A DNA stretch of 64,000 nucleotides from Mobula hypostoma. Lineage: Eukaryota. The DNA lies in contig NC_086107.1 in the NCBI RefSeq assembly GCF_963921235.1, positions 115,632,001 through 115,696,000 on the forward strand, read 5' to 3'. The notes beneath the pieces are model-generated. The model saw nothing but the letters and a program-made list of their open reading frames with translations. It made no database searches and was not told the origin of the DNA. Position 1 is the stretch's first letter, and every line of letters starts with the position of its first letter. Shown piece after piece: positions 38,802 to 51,220 of the stretch. The translations under genes were made by a program, and so were the position numbers.

Positions 38802-40036
38802 TCTTGTTTCTCTGGTACTCAGTTGATTAATTTCACTGTCTTCACCAGTTCTGGGTCTGCATAAACCAAATGCAGCCCCATTCCCTGGCTGTGGGATTGT
38901 GTAAATTGTGCACGGGCCTTTTCACTGACTTCCGGCGTACGGCTGTGGCTCGTGTAAATGAAATGCGGTCACCTTCTGAGGCCCCAGGTCTGTGCAAATC
39001 CAACACTGACCTGTCCCGCTCCTGGTGGCGGACTTGGGGGACAGGCAGTCCGCGGTGGGACACAAGCACACGCGTCTTTGAGGGAACTGTACACCAGATA
39101 ACAGAGACTGTTCTGTTTAATAAAGCAATGGATCTCACACATGGAACCGCGGTTTATCAGGAACCCCTCCCAGTCTGGCAAGGAAGGGGTTGTCATTTAG
39201 GGGCTCGAAGCTGCTGCCATCTTCTCCATTCCCCCCACCACCCACCCCCCCCGTCCTTTGCTTGTCACATCTCATCCCACCTCTTCCCTGCCCCTTCTTT
39301 CCTTATCACCTCTCCTCTTTCAAACCTCCCTTCCCTCCCTCACTCCCCTACCTCTTCTGCCTCACTGGAACTTCTCTCTCACCCACCCAAGACCTCTCTC
39401 TCTTCCCCCTTCTCTCTGACACCTCTCGTGAGAGAGATGTGTGGGTGATCTCCACACAGGAAGGTCTCCACTACAAAAGCCAAATGTAGGTAGTTACTTT
39501 TTAAAAAGCAAGAGGAGCCACCCACCTTCCCGGGTGACACTCGATGGAAATTCCTCTCATCCTCCACTGGAACTCTATTCATCCTCTCTCCATATCCCCC
39601 CTCCATCTGCCTCCCTCCCCCCTCCATTCAAAAGAAGCTTGCCTGCCCATTGGGGAGCTCCACCACCCCACCCACTGACGAGGCTCATAATGGGGGTGGG
39701 GGGGGAGTGGAGCAGAATGGACACCCAATTTTGGTCTGTCCAACTCTTCCACCCCCTACCCAAGGGCAGGAGAGTGGGAAGGGATCTCTCATTTTAATGA
39801 GAGCAGAGTATCCGATTTGGGGACTGCTCCCTTAAGGGCTTTCACAGTGAATCTGATGTATGTGAAAGGGAGGGGTTCCTGTGTGGGACAGATGCCCCAC
39901 AGCTCGCACCCCCCCTGCTCCCCAGACCCCTTGGAGGGGAGGGGGTGGAGAAGGTAAGGCAGCACCCCCTGGGGTGGGAGGGCAGGTAGGTAGGTGGTCT
40001 GGGGAGCAGCGTGGGGGGGGGGATGGTTGGGGGAGC

Positions 40037-40135
40037 TCACTCCTTGCCCTCCAGCTGAGCGATTCGCTCTCCCTGTTTCTCTACGGTCGCCTTCAGCTTC
40101 TCGATGTCTGCCCGAAGGCTCTCGATGACCTCAGT
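40037..40135 (-). CDS. CORO1A: Coronin-1A terminal exon (coiled coil): TEVIESLRADIEKLKATVEKQGERIAQLEGKE*
   Basis: ctctctccccAG acceptor; heptad pattern with the coronin trimerisation motif RIAQLE; TGA stop. Confidence 0.85.
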   Translation of the reverse strand, partial: TEVIESLRADIEKLKATVEKQGERIAQLEGKE

Positions 40136-41139
40136 CTGGGGAGAGAGAGGGGAGATGTTGTCAGTGGAGTGTGGAGAGAAAAGGGGGGGGCGTTGGGGGT
40201 AGGTAGATGAAAGTGGTTGGGGGGGGAGAGGGAGGGTGGGGAGGTCCTGGGTGAGGAGATTTTTAGGAAGTGGGGGAAGATGCAGGTAGTTACTGAATTA
40301 AGGTCTGATGAGAGAACGAGTGGGTAGGGAGACAGAGCTCAGAGACACAATCTCACACTCACTTAATGCCCACAGTTACGCACACAAAACGGGGTCACAG
40401 AGCAAAACTGCACAGATTCAGGCCATTTGGCCCGTCTAGTCCCTGCCAGCCACTGTGCCCACTCAGTTGCCTATGTAAGGCCCAGGTCCCCCCACCCCCC
40501 GTGGACCAGTCAAGTGCTTCAATGGCACCGTTATAATTGCCCCATCACTTCCTCTGGTGCTCGTTCCATCAACTGGCCAGCCTCTGTGTGGTAAGCAATG
40601 GTCCTCGCCCAACATCTACACCCCCTGGTTCTGGACTCCCCACCTTCTCTGTGCCTGTCGTCATTTTAAACACTTCGATAAGCTTGCTGGTCAATTCTAC
40701 GTTCCGAACCCAGTCTGGCCAACCTCTCAGGCCCTCGAGCGCTGACTACATCCTCGTAAATCTCCTCCGTCTCCAGTTTAACCATAGGCTGACCAAAACT
40801 ACAAAGTTTTCAAGTGAGGCCTCACCCACTCCGTGTACACTGCAAAATAATGTAGGAGATATTCTGGGGCTGTGGAGTAGAGCAAATATTAACCTTAACA
40901 GTAACCAATCCTCAGATCTGAATGAGGTTTTTAAAAGGCAGCTCAGTACCCTGGGTGCAGCCAGGAAGCACCCTATGCTAATTCCAGCATACTGATTAAA
41001 CTGTCCTGGTGAAGGGCCTCTGCTCGAAACGGCGACTATTCCCTTCTCCATAGACGCTGCCTGGCCTGCTGAGTTCCTCCAGCATTTTGTGTGTGTTTCT
41101 TGGATTTCCAACATCTGCAGATTTTCTCTTGTTTCTGAT

Positions 41140-43655
41140 CAAACAGACCATTCGGCCCATCGTCTGTTCTGCCTTTTTATCATGAGCTGATCCATTCTCC
41201 CATTTAGTCCCACTCCCCCGCCTTCTCACCATAACCTTTGATGCCCTGGCTACTCAGATACCTATCAATCTCTGCCTTAAATACACCCAATGACTTGGCC
41301 TCCACTGCTTCCCGTGGCAAAAAATTCCATAGATTCAGCACCCTCTGATTAAAAAAAAATATCTTCGCATTTCTTTTCTGAATGGGCACTCTTCAATCCT
41401 TAAGTCATGTCCTCTTGTACTAGACTCCCCCATCATGGGAAACAACTTTGCCACATCCACTCTGTCCATGCCTTTTAACATTCAAAATGTTTCTCTGAGA
41501 TCCCCCTTCATTCTTCTAAACTCCAAGGAATACAGTCCAAGAGCGGACAAACGTTCCTCATATGTTAACCCTCTCAATCCCAGAATCATTCTAGTGAATC
41601 TTCTCTGTACCCTCTCCAACGTCAGCACATCCTTTCTGAAATAAGGAGCCCAAAACTGCCCACAGTACTCCAAGTGAGGTCTCACCAGCGCCTTATAGAT
41701 CCTCAACATCACATCCCTGCTCCTATACTCTATTCCTCTAGAAATGAATGCCAACATTGCATTCGCCTTCTTCACCACCGACTCAACCTGGAGGTTAACC
41801 TTAAGGGTATCCTGTACGAGGACTCCCAAGTCCCATTGCATCTCAGAACTTTGAATTTTCTCCCCATTTAAATAATAGTCTGCCCGTTTATTTCTTCTGC
41901 CACAGTGCATGACCATACACTTTCCAACATTGTATTTCATTTGCCACTTTGCCCATTCTCCCAATCTATCCAAGTCTCTCTGCAGACTCTCCGTTTCCTC
42001 AGCACTACCGGCCCCTCCACCTATCTTCGTATCGTTAGCAAACTTCGCCACAAAGCCATCTATTCCATAATCCAAATCGTTGATGTACAATGTAAAAAGA
42101 AGCGGCCCCAACACGGACCCCTGTGGAACACCACTGGTAACCGGCAGCCAACCAGAATAGGATCCCTTTATTTCCACTATCTGTTTCCTGCCAATCAGCC
42201 AACGCTCTATCCACGTATGTAACTTTCCCGTAATTCCATCGGCCCTTATCTTGTTAAGCAGCCTCGTGTGTGACACCTTGTCAAAGGCCTTCTGAAAATC
42301 CAAATATACAACATCCACTGCATCTCCCTTGTCTAGCCTACTGGTAATTTCCTCAAAAAATTGTAATAGGTTTGTCAGGCAGGATTTTCTGTTAAGGAAA
42401 CCATGCTGAGTTCTGCCTATCTTGTCATATGCCTCCAGGTACTCTGTAACCTCATCCTTCACAATCGACTCCAACAACTTCCCAACCACCGATGTCAAGC
42501 TAACAGATCTATAATTTCCTTTTTGCTTCCTTGCCCCCTTCTTAAATAGCGGAGTGACATTTGCAATCTTCCAGTCCTCCGGAACCATGCCAGAATCTAT
42601 CGACTTTTGAAAGATCATCGCTAATGCCTCCGCAATCTCCACAGCTACTTCCTTCGGAACACGAGGGTGCATTCCATCTGGTCCGGGAGATTTATCGACC
42701 TTTAGCCTATTCAGCTTCCTGAGTACTTTCTCTGTCGTAATTGTGACTGCGCACACTTCTCTTCCCTGCCACCCTTGAGTGTCCGGTATACTGCTGATGT
42801 CTTCCTCAGTGAAGACTGATGCAAAATACTCATTCAGTTCCTCCGCCATCTCCTTATCTCCCATTACAATTTCTCCAGCATCATTTTTTATCGGTCCTAT
42901 ATCTACTCTCACCTGTCTTTTACTCTTTATATACTTGAAAAAGTTTTAGTATCCTCTTTGATATTATTTGCTAGCTTCCTTTCATAGTTAATCTTTTCCC
43001 TCTTAATGACCTTCTTAGTTTGCTTTTGTAAGCTTTTAAAAACTTCCCAATCCTCCGTCTTCCCACTAATTTTTGCTTCCTTGTATGCCCTCTCCTTTGC
43101 TTTAACTTTGGCTTTGACTTCTCTTGTCAGCCACGGTTGCATCCTTTTTCCATTCGAAAATTTCTTCTTTTCTGGAATATACCTGTCTTGCACCTTCCTC
43201 ATTTCTCGCATAAACTCCAGCCACTGCTGCTCTGCTGTCTTTCCCGCCAGTGTCTCTTTCCAGTCAACTTTGGCCAGTTCCTCTCTCGTGCCACTGTAAT
43301 TTCCTTTACTCCACTGAAATACTGACACATCAGATTTCGGCTTCTCTTTCTCAAATTTCACAGTGAACTCAATCATGTTATGATCACTGCCTCCTAAGGG
43401 TTCCTTCACCTCAATCTCTCCAATCACCTCCGGTTCATTACACAATACCCAATCCAGTACAGCCGATCCCCTAGTGGGCTCAACAACAAGCTGTTCTAAA
43501 AAGCCATCTCGCAGACATTCTACAAATTCTCTCTCTTGAGATCCAGTGCTGACCTGATTTTCCCAATCTACTCGCATGTTAAAATCCCCCACAATTATCA
43601 TAACACTGCCCTTCTGACAAGCCTTTTCTATTTCCTGTTGTAATTTGTAGTCCAC
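41140..43655 (-). mobile_element. 5'-truncated CR1 LINE (partial APE, RT), one frameshift near 42930-42950
   Basis: ORF 42927..43655 (GDFN, SDH) and ORF 41482..42912 ([27 protein letters not shown]). Confidence 0.92.
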
Positions 43656-44850
43656 ACACTACAGAACTATGTAGTCCATGGAACTGGCCAAACCGGTTCT
43701 AAAGGTGGTGAAAAATCTGGCCCGAGGAGCCAATTTCAACACGGCAGGACTGACTGCTTTGGAAACGCCAAATAGAAACATCGAAAACCTACAGCACAAT
43801 ACAGGCCCTTCAGCCCACAGAGCTGTGCCAACCATGTCCCTACCTTAGAAATTACCTAGGGCTATCCATAGCCCTCTATTTTTCTGAGCTCCAAGTGCCA
43901 AATGGAGAATGCCCAGGGAGGCAACCATGTAGGGACACGTGGATTCTGTCGCTAGTCACATAGAGACGTGTACTGACCACATCTGTGTGAGGATAAACCA
44001 GAAGCTATCCTGAATGTGATCGGATTATGGTCACTGGAGCCAACGTGCTCCCTGACTGTCCCCTGTCTCGTTCCCCAAGAGGAATTCCAGCAACGCACCC
44101 TCCCAAGTAAGGACTGGATGTATTTGCCCAGGAGACTTTACTGGACACATTTTAAAGATTTCACCCTGTCCAGGCCCTTAACGGTCCAATGACTACAGCA
44201 GAAATTAAAAACTCCCACCGATAGAACCGCCCCCCCCCATTCTAACAACCATGAGCAATTTATCTAAGTGATGCTCCTCAAGTTGCTACTGACTACTGGG
44301 AGGTCCATGTTACCAAGACACTTGCCAATTTGTACAGATGTACGGCAGAGAGCATTTTGTCTGATCTGGAGGCTCCAATGCACAGGATCACAAGAGGGGT
44401 GTAGACTCAGTCAACTTCCTCACGGGCACAACCCTCCCCACCATCGAGGACATCTTGAAGAGGTGATGCCTCAGGAGTCACTAAGGACCCTCACCACCTG
44501 GGACGTACCCTCTTCTCATTACCACCATCTGGGAGGAGGTACAGGAGCCTGCAGACCACAACTCTGCAAGCACCATCTTGTTACTTCTCTTCTGTAACTT
44601 ACGGTCATTTTTATATCTTACACTGAGCTGCTGCTGCAAAACCACAAGTTTCACATCATATGTCTGCAATAATGAAGAGGATTCTGACGCAACTCTGCGA
44701 GAATGATACTGGCTATTTGCTCTGTCTATGCCTCTCATAAGCTTATTTATAAACCTCCCTGCCGCTCCACAGAAAACAACCCAAGTTTGTCCAGCTTCTT
44801 ACAGCTCACGTCCTCTAATCCAGGCAGCATCCCAGTGAACCTCGTCTGTG

Positions 44851-45292
44851 CCCTCTCCAAAGCCCCCGCTCCCTCTTCAAAGCCCCCGCTCCCTCTTCAA
44901 AGCCCCCACACCCTCTCCAAAGCCCCCGCTCCCTCTCCAAAGCCCCCACACCCTCTCCAAATCCTCCACACCCTCTCCAAATCCCCCACACCCTCTCCAA
45001 AGCCCCCACACTCTCTCCAAAGCCCCCCACCCTCTAAAAATCCCCCACACCCTCTCCAAATCCCCCACACCCTTTCCAAAGCCCTCACACCCTCTCCAAA
45101 GCCCCCCTACCCTCTTCAAATCCCCCACACCCTCTCCAAAGCCCCCACACCCTCTCCAAAGCCCCCACACCCTCGCCAAAGCCCCCCTACCCTCTCCAAA
45201 TCCCCCACACCCTCTCCAAAGCCCCCACACCCTCTTCAAAGCCCCCACACCCTCTCCGAAGCCCCCACACCCTCTCCGAAGCCCCCACACCC
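44851..45292. repeat. 21-bp minisatellite (CCCTCTCCAAAGCCCCCACAC)n embedded in a - strand CR1 fragment (~44700-45750)
   Basis: Tandem array flanked on both sides by colinear CR1 RT sequence. Confidence 0.92.
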
Positions 45293-46049
45293 TTCCTGTG
45301 ATGGGGTGACCGGAACCGCAAGTGTGGCCTCACTGGAGTTTTATAAAGCTCCCTCTGACTGTCAGCACAGTTAAGGGTCCTGCCATTAACCATACCCTGT
45401 CCCTTTACATCCGACCTCTCAAAGTACAACACCTAACACTTGACTGCATTAAACTCCATCTACCATTTCTCTGCCCATTATCTGTAACTGATCTATATCC
45501 TGCTATGCCCTTTGGCAACTTTGAACACCATCCACAATATCACCAATCTTCATATTGTCTACCAAAACCTACTTACCCACCAATCTACATCTTTACCCAG
45601 ATCATTTTTATATATAAACACTCAGTACCCCTGTACCTAATAAAGTGGCCACTATCACCAATAGCAATGGTCCCTGTGTAACACCACTAGTCACAGACCT
45701 CCAGCCAGAATAAATCCCATAAACCTTCACCCTCTGGGCAATCACGCATGGAGATACGTATTTGCACACTTCCTGTGCGCAAGCATACACACTTGCACAA
45801 ATTCACACACACGTGCATGGACATACACAGTTGCTCATACATTCACACACAGAAACTACTGCATGAACACACAGAAATATGAACATTCACACATAGACAC
45901 ACACACACTCACAGACACACACGCACACTCACTCACACACAGCTATGTATGTTCACATAGATGCTTGTGCACACACTCAGTCACACTTACACCATCACAG
46001 TCTCACAGTCATACACCATTACAGTCACAGTCAGTCATACCTACCCTCC

Positions 46050-46557
46050 AAGGGGACCACAACCTGTCGTTGGGTTAGGAGGGTGTGTGCCTTGATGACC
46101 CGGAGAACTATGTTACCTTTAAACTTTGGCTCCTGGTAGGGCCACCCATGCCAAACAGGTCAAAGGGTAAAGGTCAGACTAAGAGTGGTCCTCCAGGTTC
46201 AGGGTTCAGCTGAGGACTAACTACCCTGACTGGTCAAACACAAAATTGTTACGGAAACAGCAATGAAGAATCTTTCTACATCTGAGTGCGACGGTATTCC
46301 TGAGTCTCCACCCGGGACTTGCGTGACTGACAGCAGTGAAAACTGAGAGGAAGCTACTGACATGATGAAGGAAGCCCTGACCACCGCCAGAGATAGAGGA
46401 CCCTATGGGTATGGGTAACTCTAGATAAGTTCTAAGTTAAGGTCATGTTTGGCACAGCATTGTGGGCCGAAGGGCCTGTATTGTGCTGTAGGTTTTCTAT
46501 GTTTCTATGATCTTCATTGCTGCCCTAAACAGCAGCGGCATAACAGGCAGTAAGTAA
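46050..46557 (+). mobile_element. RTE-derived short non-autonomous element carrying an inserted CR1 3' tail (~46404-46510)
   Basis: 5' part resembles the Expander/Rex3/BovB 5'UTR (CTGGTAGGGCCACCCATGCCAAACAGGTC..CAGACTAAGAGTGGTCC). 3' part encodes an RTE C-terminal-like HRQR*RT/FIAALN and ends AGTAAGT. Recognised from memory. Confidence 0.6.
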
Positions 46558-46559
46558 TA

Positions 46560-49500
46560 CTCACACATACAGTCACACATCAATCACACACAGTCACACA
46601 TCAATCACACACAGTCATACATCAATCACACATACAGTCACACATCAATCACACACAGTCACACATCAATCACATACAGTCACACATCAATCACACACAG
46701 TCACACATCAATCACACACAGTCATACATCAATCACACACAGTCACACATCAATCACACACAGTCACACATCAATCACACATACAGTCACACATCAATCA
46801 CACACACAGTCACACATCAATCACACACAGTCACACATCAATCACACATACAGTCACACATCAATCACACATACAGTCACACATAGTCACACATCAATCA
46901 CACATAGTCACACATCAATCACACACAGTCATACATCAATCACACATACAGTCACACATCAATCACACACAGTCACACATCAATCACACATACAGTCACA
47001 CATCAATCACACACAGTCACACATCAATCACACACAGTCATACATCAATCACACATACAGTCACACATCAATCACATACAGTCACACATCAATCACACAC
47101 AGTCACACATCAATCACACACAGTCACACATCAATCACACACAGCCATACATCAATCACACATACAGTCACACGTCAATCACACACAGTCACACGTCAAT
47201 CACACACAGTCACACGTCAATCACACACAGTCATACATCAATCACACATACAGTCACACATCAATCACACATACAGTCACACATCAATCACACACACAGT
47301 CACACATCAATCACAGATACAGTCACACATCAATCACACATACAGTCACACATCAATCACACACAGTCACACATCAATCACACACAGTCATACATCAATC
47401 ACACATACAGTCACACATCAATCACACACAGTCATACATCAATCACACACAGTCATACATCAATCACACATACAGTCACACATCAATCACACACAGTCAT
47501 ACATCAATCACACACAGCCATACTTCAATCACACATACAGTCACACGTCAATCACACACAGTCACACGTCAATCACACACAGTCACACGTCAATCACACA
47601 TACAGTCACACATCAATCACACACAGTCACACATCAATCACACATACAGTCACACATCAATCACACACAGTCACACATCAATCACACATACAGTCACACA
47701 TCAATCACACATACAGTCACACATCAATCACACAGTCATACATCAAGCACACATACAGTCACACATCAATCACACATACAGTCACATCAATCACACACAG
47801 TCACACATCAATCACACATACAGTCACACATCAATCACACATACAGTCACATCAATCACACACAGTCACACATCAATCACACACAGTCACACATCAATCA
47901 CACATACAGTCACACATCAATCACACACAGTCACACATCAATCACACATCAATCACACATACAGTCACACATCAATCACACATACAGTCACACATCAATC
48001 ACACACAGTCACACATCAATCACACATACAGTCACACATCAATCACACATACAGTCACACATCAATCACACACAGTCATACATCAAGCACACATACAGTC
48101 ACACATCAATCACACACAGTCACACATCAATCACACATAGTCACACATCAATCACACACAGTCACACATCAATCACCACACAGTCACACATCAATCACAC
48201 ATACAGTCACATCAATCACACACAGTCACACATCAATCACGCATACAGTCACACATCAATCACACACAGTCACACATCAATCACACACAGTCACACATCA
48301 ATCACATAGTCACACATCAATCACACACAGTCACACATCAATCACATAGTCACACATCAATCACGTAGTCACACATCAATCACACACAGTCACACATCAA
48401 TCACATAGTCACACATCAATCACGTAGTCACACATCAATCACACACAGTCACACATCAATCACATAGAGTCACACATCAATCACATAGAGTCACACATCA
48501 ATCACATAGTCACACATCAATCACACACAGTCATACATCAATCACACACGGTCATACATCAATCACACATACAGTCACACATCAATCACACATACAGTCA
48601 CACATCAATCACACACAGTCACACATCAATCACACATACAGTCACACATCAATCACACATACAGTCACACATCAATCACACACAGTCATACATCAAGCAC
48701 ACATACAGTCACACATCAATCACACACAGTCACACATCAATCACACACAGTCACACATCAATCACACATACAGTCACACATCAATCACACAGTCACACAT
48801 CAATCACACATACAGTCACACATCAATCACCACACAGTCACACATCAATCACACATACAGTCACACATCAATCACACATACAGTCACACATCAATCACAC
48901 ATACAGTCACATCAATCACACATACAGTCACACATCAATCACGCATACAGTCACACATCAATCACACACAGTCACACATCAATCACATAGTCACACATCA
49001 ATCACATAGTCACACATCAATCACATAGTCACACATCAATCACACACAGTCACACATCAATCGCATAGTCACACATCAATCACACACAGTCACACATCAA
49101 TCACATAGTCACACATCAATCACACACGGTCACACATCAATCATACACAGTCACACATCAATCACATAGTCACACATCAATCACACACAATCACACATCA
49201 ATCACATAGTCACACATCAATCACACACAGTCACACATCAATCACATAGTCACACATCAATCACACACAGTCACACATCAATCACATAGAGTCACACATC
49301 AATCACATAGTCACACATCAATCACACACAGTCACACATCAATCACATAGAGTCACACATCAATCACATAGAGTCACACATCAATCACATAGTCACACAT
49401 CAATCACACACAGTAATACATCAATCACACACGGTCATACATCAATCATACACCGTCACACATCAATCACATAGTCACAAATCAATCACATAGTCACACA

Positions 49501-50195
49501 TCAATCACACACGGTCACACATCAATCATACACAGTCACACATCAATCACATAGTCACACATCAATCACATAGTCACACATCAATCACACACAGTCACAC
49601 ATCAATCACACACGGTCACACATCAATCACACACAGTCACACATCAATCACACAGAGTCACACATCAATCACACAGAGTCATACATCAATCACACACAGT
49701 CACACATCAATCATACACAGTCACACATCAATCACACACAGTCACACATCAATCACACACAGTCACACATCAATCATACACAGTCACACATCAATCACAT
49801 AGTCACACATCAATCACACACAGTCACACATCAATCACATAGTCACACATCAATCACACACAGTCACACATCAATCATACACAGTCACACATCAATCACA
49901 TAGTCACACATCAATCACACACCGTCACACATCAATCACACACCGTCACACATCAATCACATAGTCACACATCAATCACACACGGTCACACATCAATCAC
50001 ACACAGTCACACATCAATCACACACGGTCACACATCAATCACACACAGTCATACATCAATCACACACGGTCATACATCAATCATACACCGTCACACATCA
50101 ATCACATAGTCACAAATCAATCACATAGTCACACATCAATCACACACGGTCACACATCAATCACACACAGTCACACATCAATCATACACAGTCAT
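46560..50195. repeat. 3.6-kb minisatellite of 19-23-bp units (AGTCACACATCAATCACAC(AT)AC)n
   Basis: Tandem array seen directly; CA-rich and G-poor on the + strand. Confidence 0.98.
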
Positions 50196-50345
50196 ACTGA
50201 AACACAGTAACTCACACACAGCCACACTTAAACATAGTCTGGCACAGATACATAGTTACAGAGACACACACAGTGACAGACACAGTCATACAAGTCACCC
50301 ACACAGTTACACACACCCACTCACCTCACTGCCTGTCTTTAGAGT

Positions 50346-50353
<8 letters not shown>

Positions 50354-50395
<42 letters not shown>
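50354..50395. repeat. (CA)n microsatellite
   Basis: Seen directly. Confidence 0.95.
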
Positions 50396-50396
<1 letters not shown>

Positions 50397-50506
50397 CTGT
50401 GTCCGAGCAGTGCAGACACAGGGAGATCCCTGCGCGGGGCCAGTGCAGCAGGTTGGGGTGAGGGGAGGTTGCGGTTTGCGCGGGGAGTCAGACCCACAGC
50501 ACTCAC

Positions 50507-50734
50507 CACGTCCACGGTGGCCGTGCTGGAGTCGGATCCCCGGTGGGAGCTGCTCTTCACATCCAGCACCTTGCGGCAGATTTGCAAGGGCTTTGCCTTG
50601 CTGGGGCAGGTGCCCCCGTTCTTCAGCGAGATGTAGATCGGGCTGGCATCCTTCCCTGACAGCCACTCCTCCGCGTCCAGAGCCGGATCTGGCCCTGCCG
50701 TGTCTGGGAATAGGTCCTCCTGGAACAAGTCCGA
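50507..50734 (-). CDS. CORO1A: Coronin-1A exon: [40 protein letters not shown]...TATVDV
   Basis: AG acceptor and GTGAGT donor; 228 nt; coronin [21 protein letters not shown] motif. Confidence 0.93.
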
Positions 50735-51220
50735 CTGCCGGGACAGAGAGGGATGGGCCCAAGGTTAAGAAACCCACAACGGTTGCCCACAGCCCCAGAC
50801 CAAAGGGAATATGTCCCACCTGAAACATGCCTCCCACCCAGATTGTCACCCCTCCCATCTGGAATGGCAGCGCAGATCAAAGGAAGATGCCTACCGCCTG
50901 GAAAGTGTTCCCAGATGTGGATGGGTATCTCTCCCACCTGGAATGTGATCCCAGATTGGATCACACCTGGAACGCCATTGCAGATCAGGGGGGTGGGTGG
51001 CGGCGTGGATTTCTCACAGTTGGAACATCAGCCTGCTTCAGAGGGGCATCTCTCCCACCTGGGAATATCATCCTGGATACTGATGAGGGAAGGTGCCAGA
51101 CCCATTGCTGGTGAGCCGGGCTGTGTGGGTGGATGCAGAGGACTGAAGCATCTCGGCCCAAAACGTTCCACAGATCCTGCCTGGCCTGCTGAGTTCCTCC
51201 AGCATTTCGTGTGTGTAACC

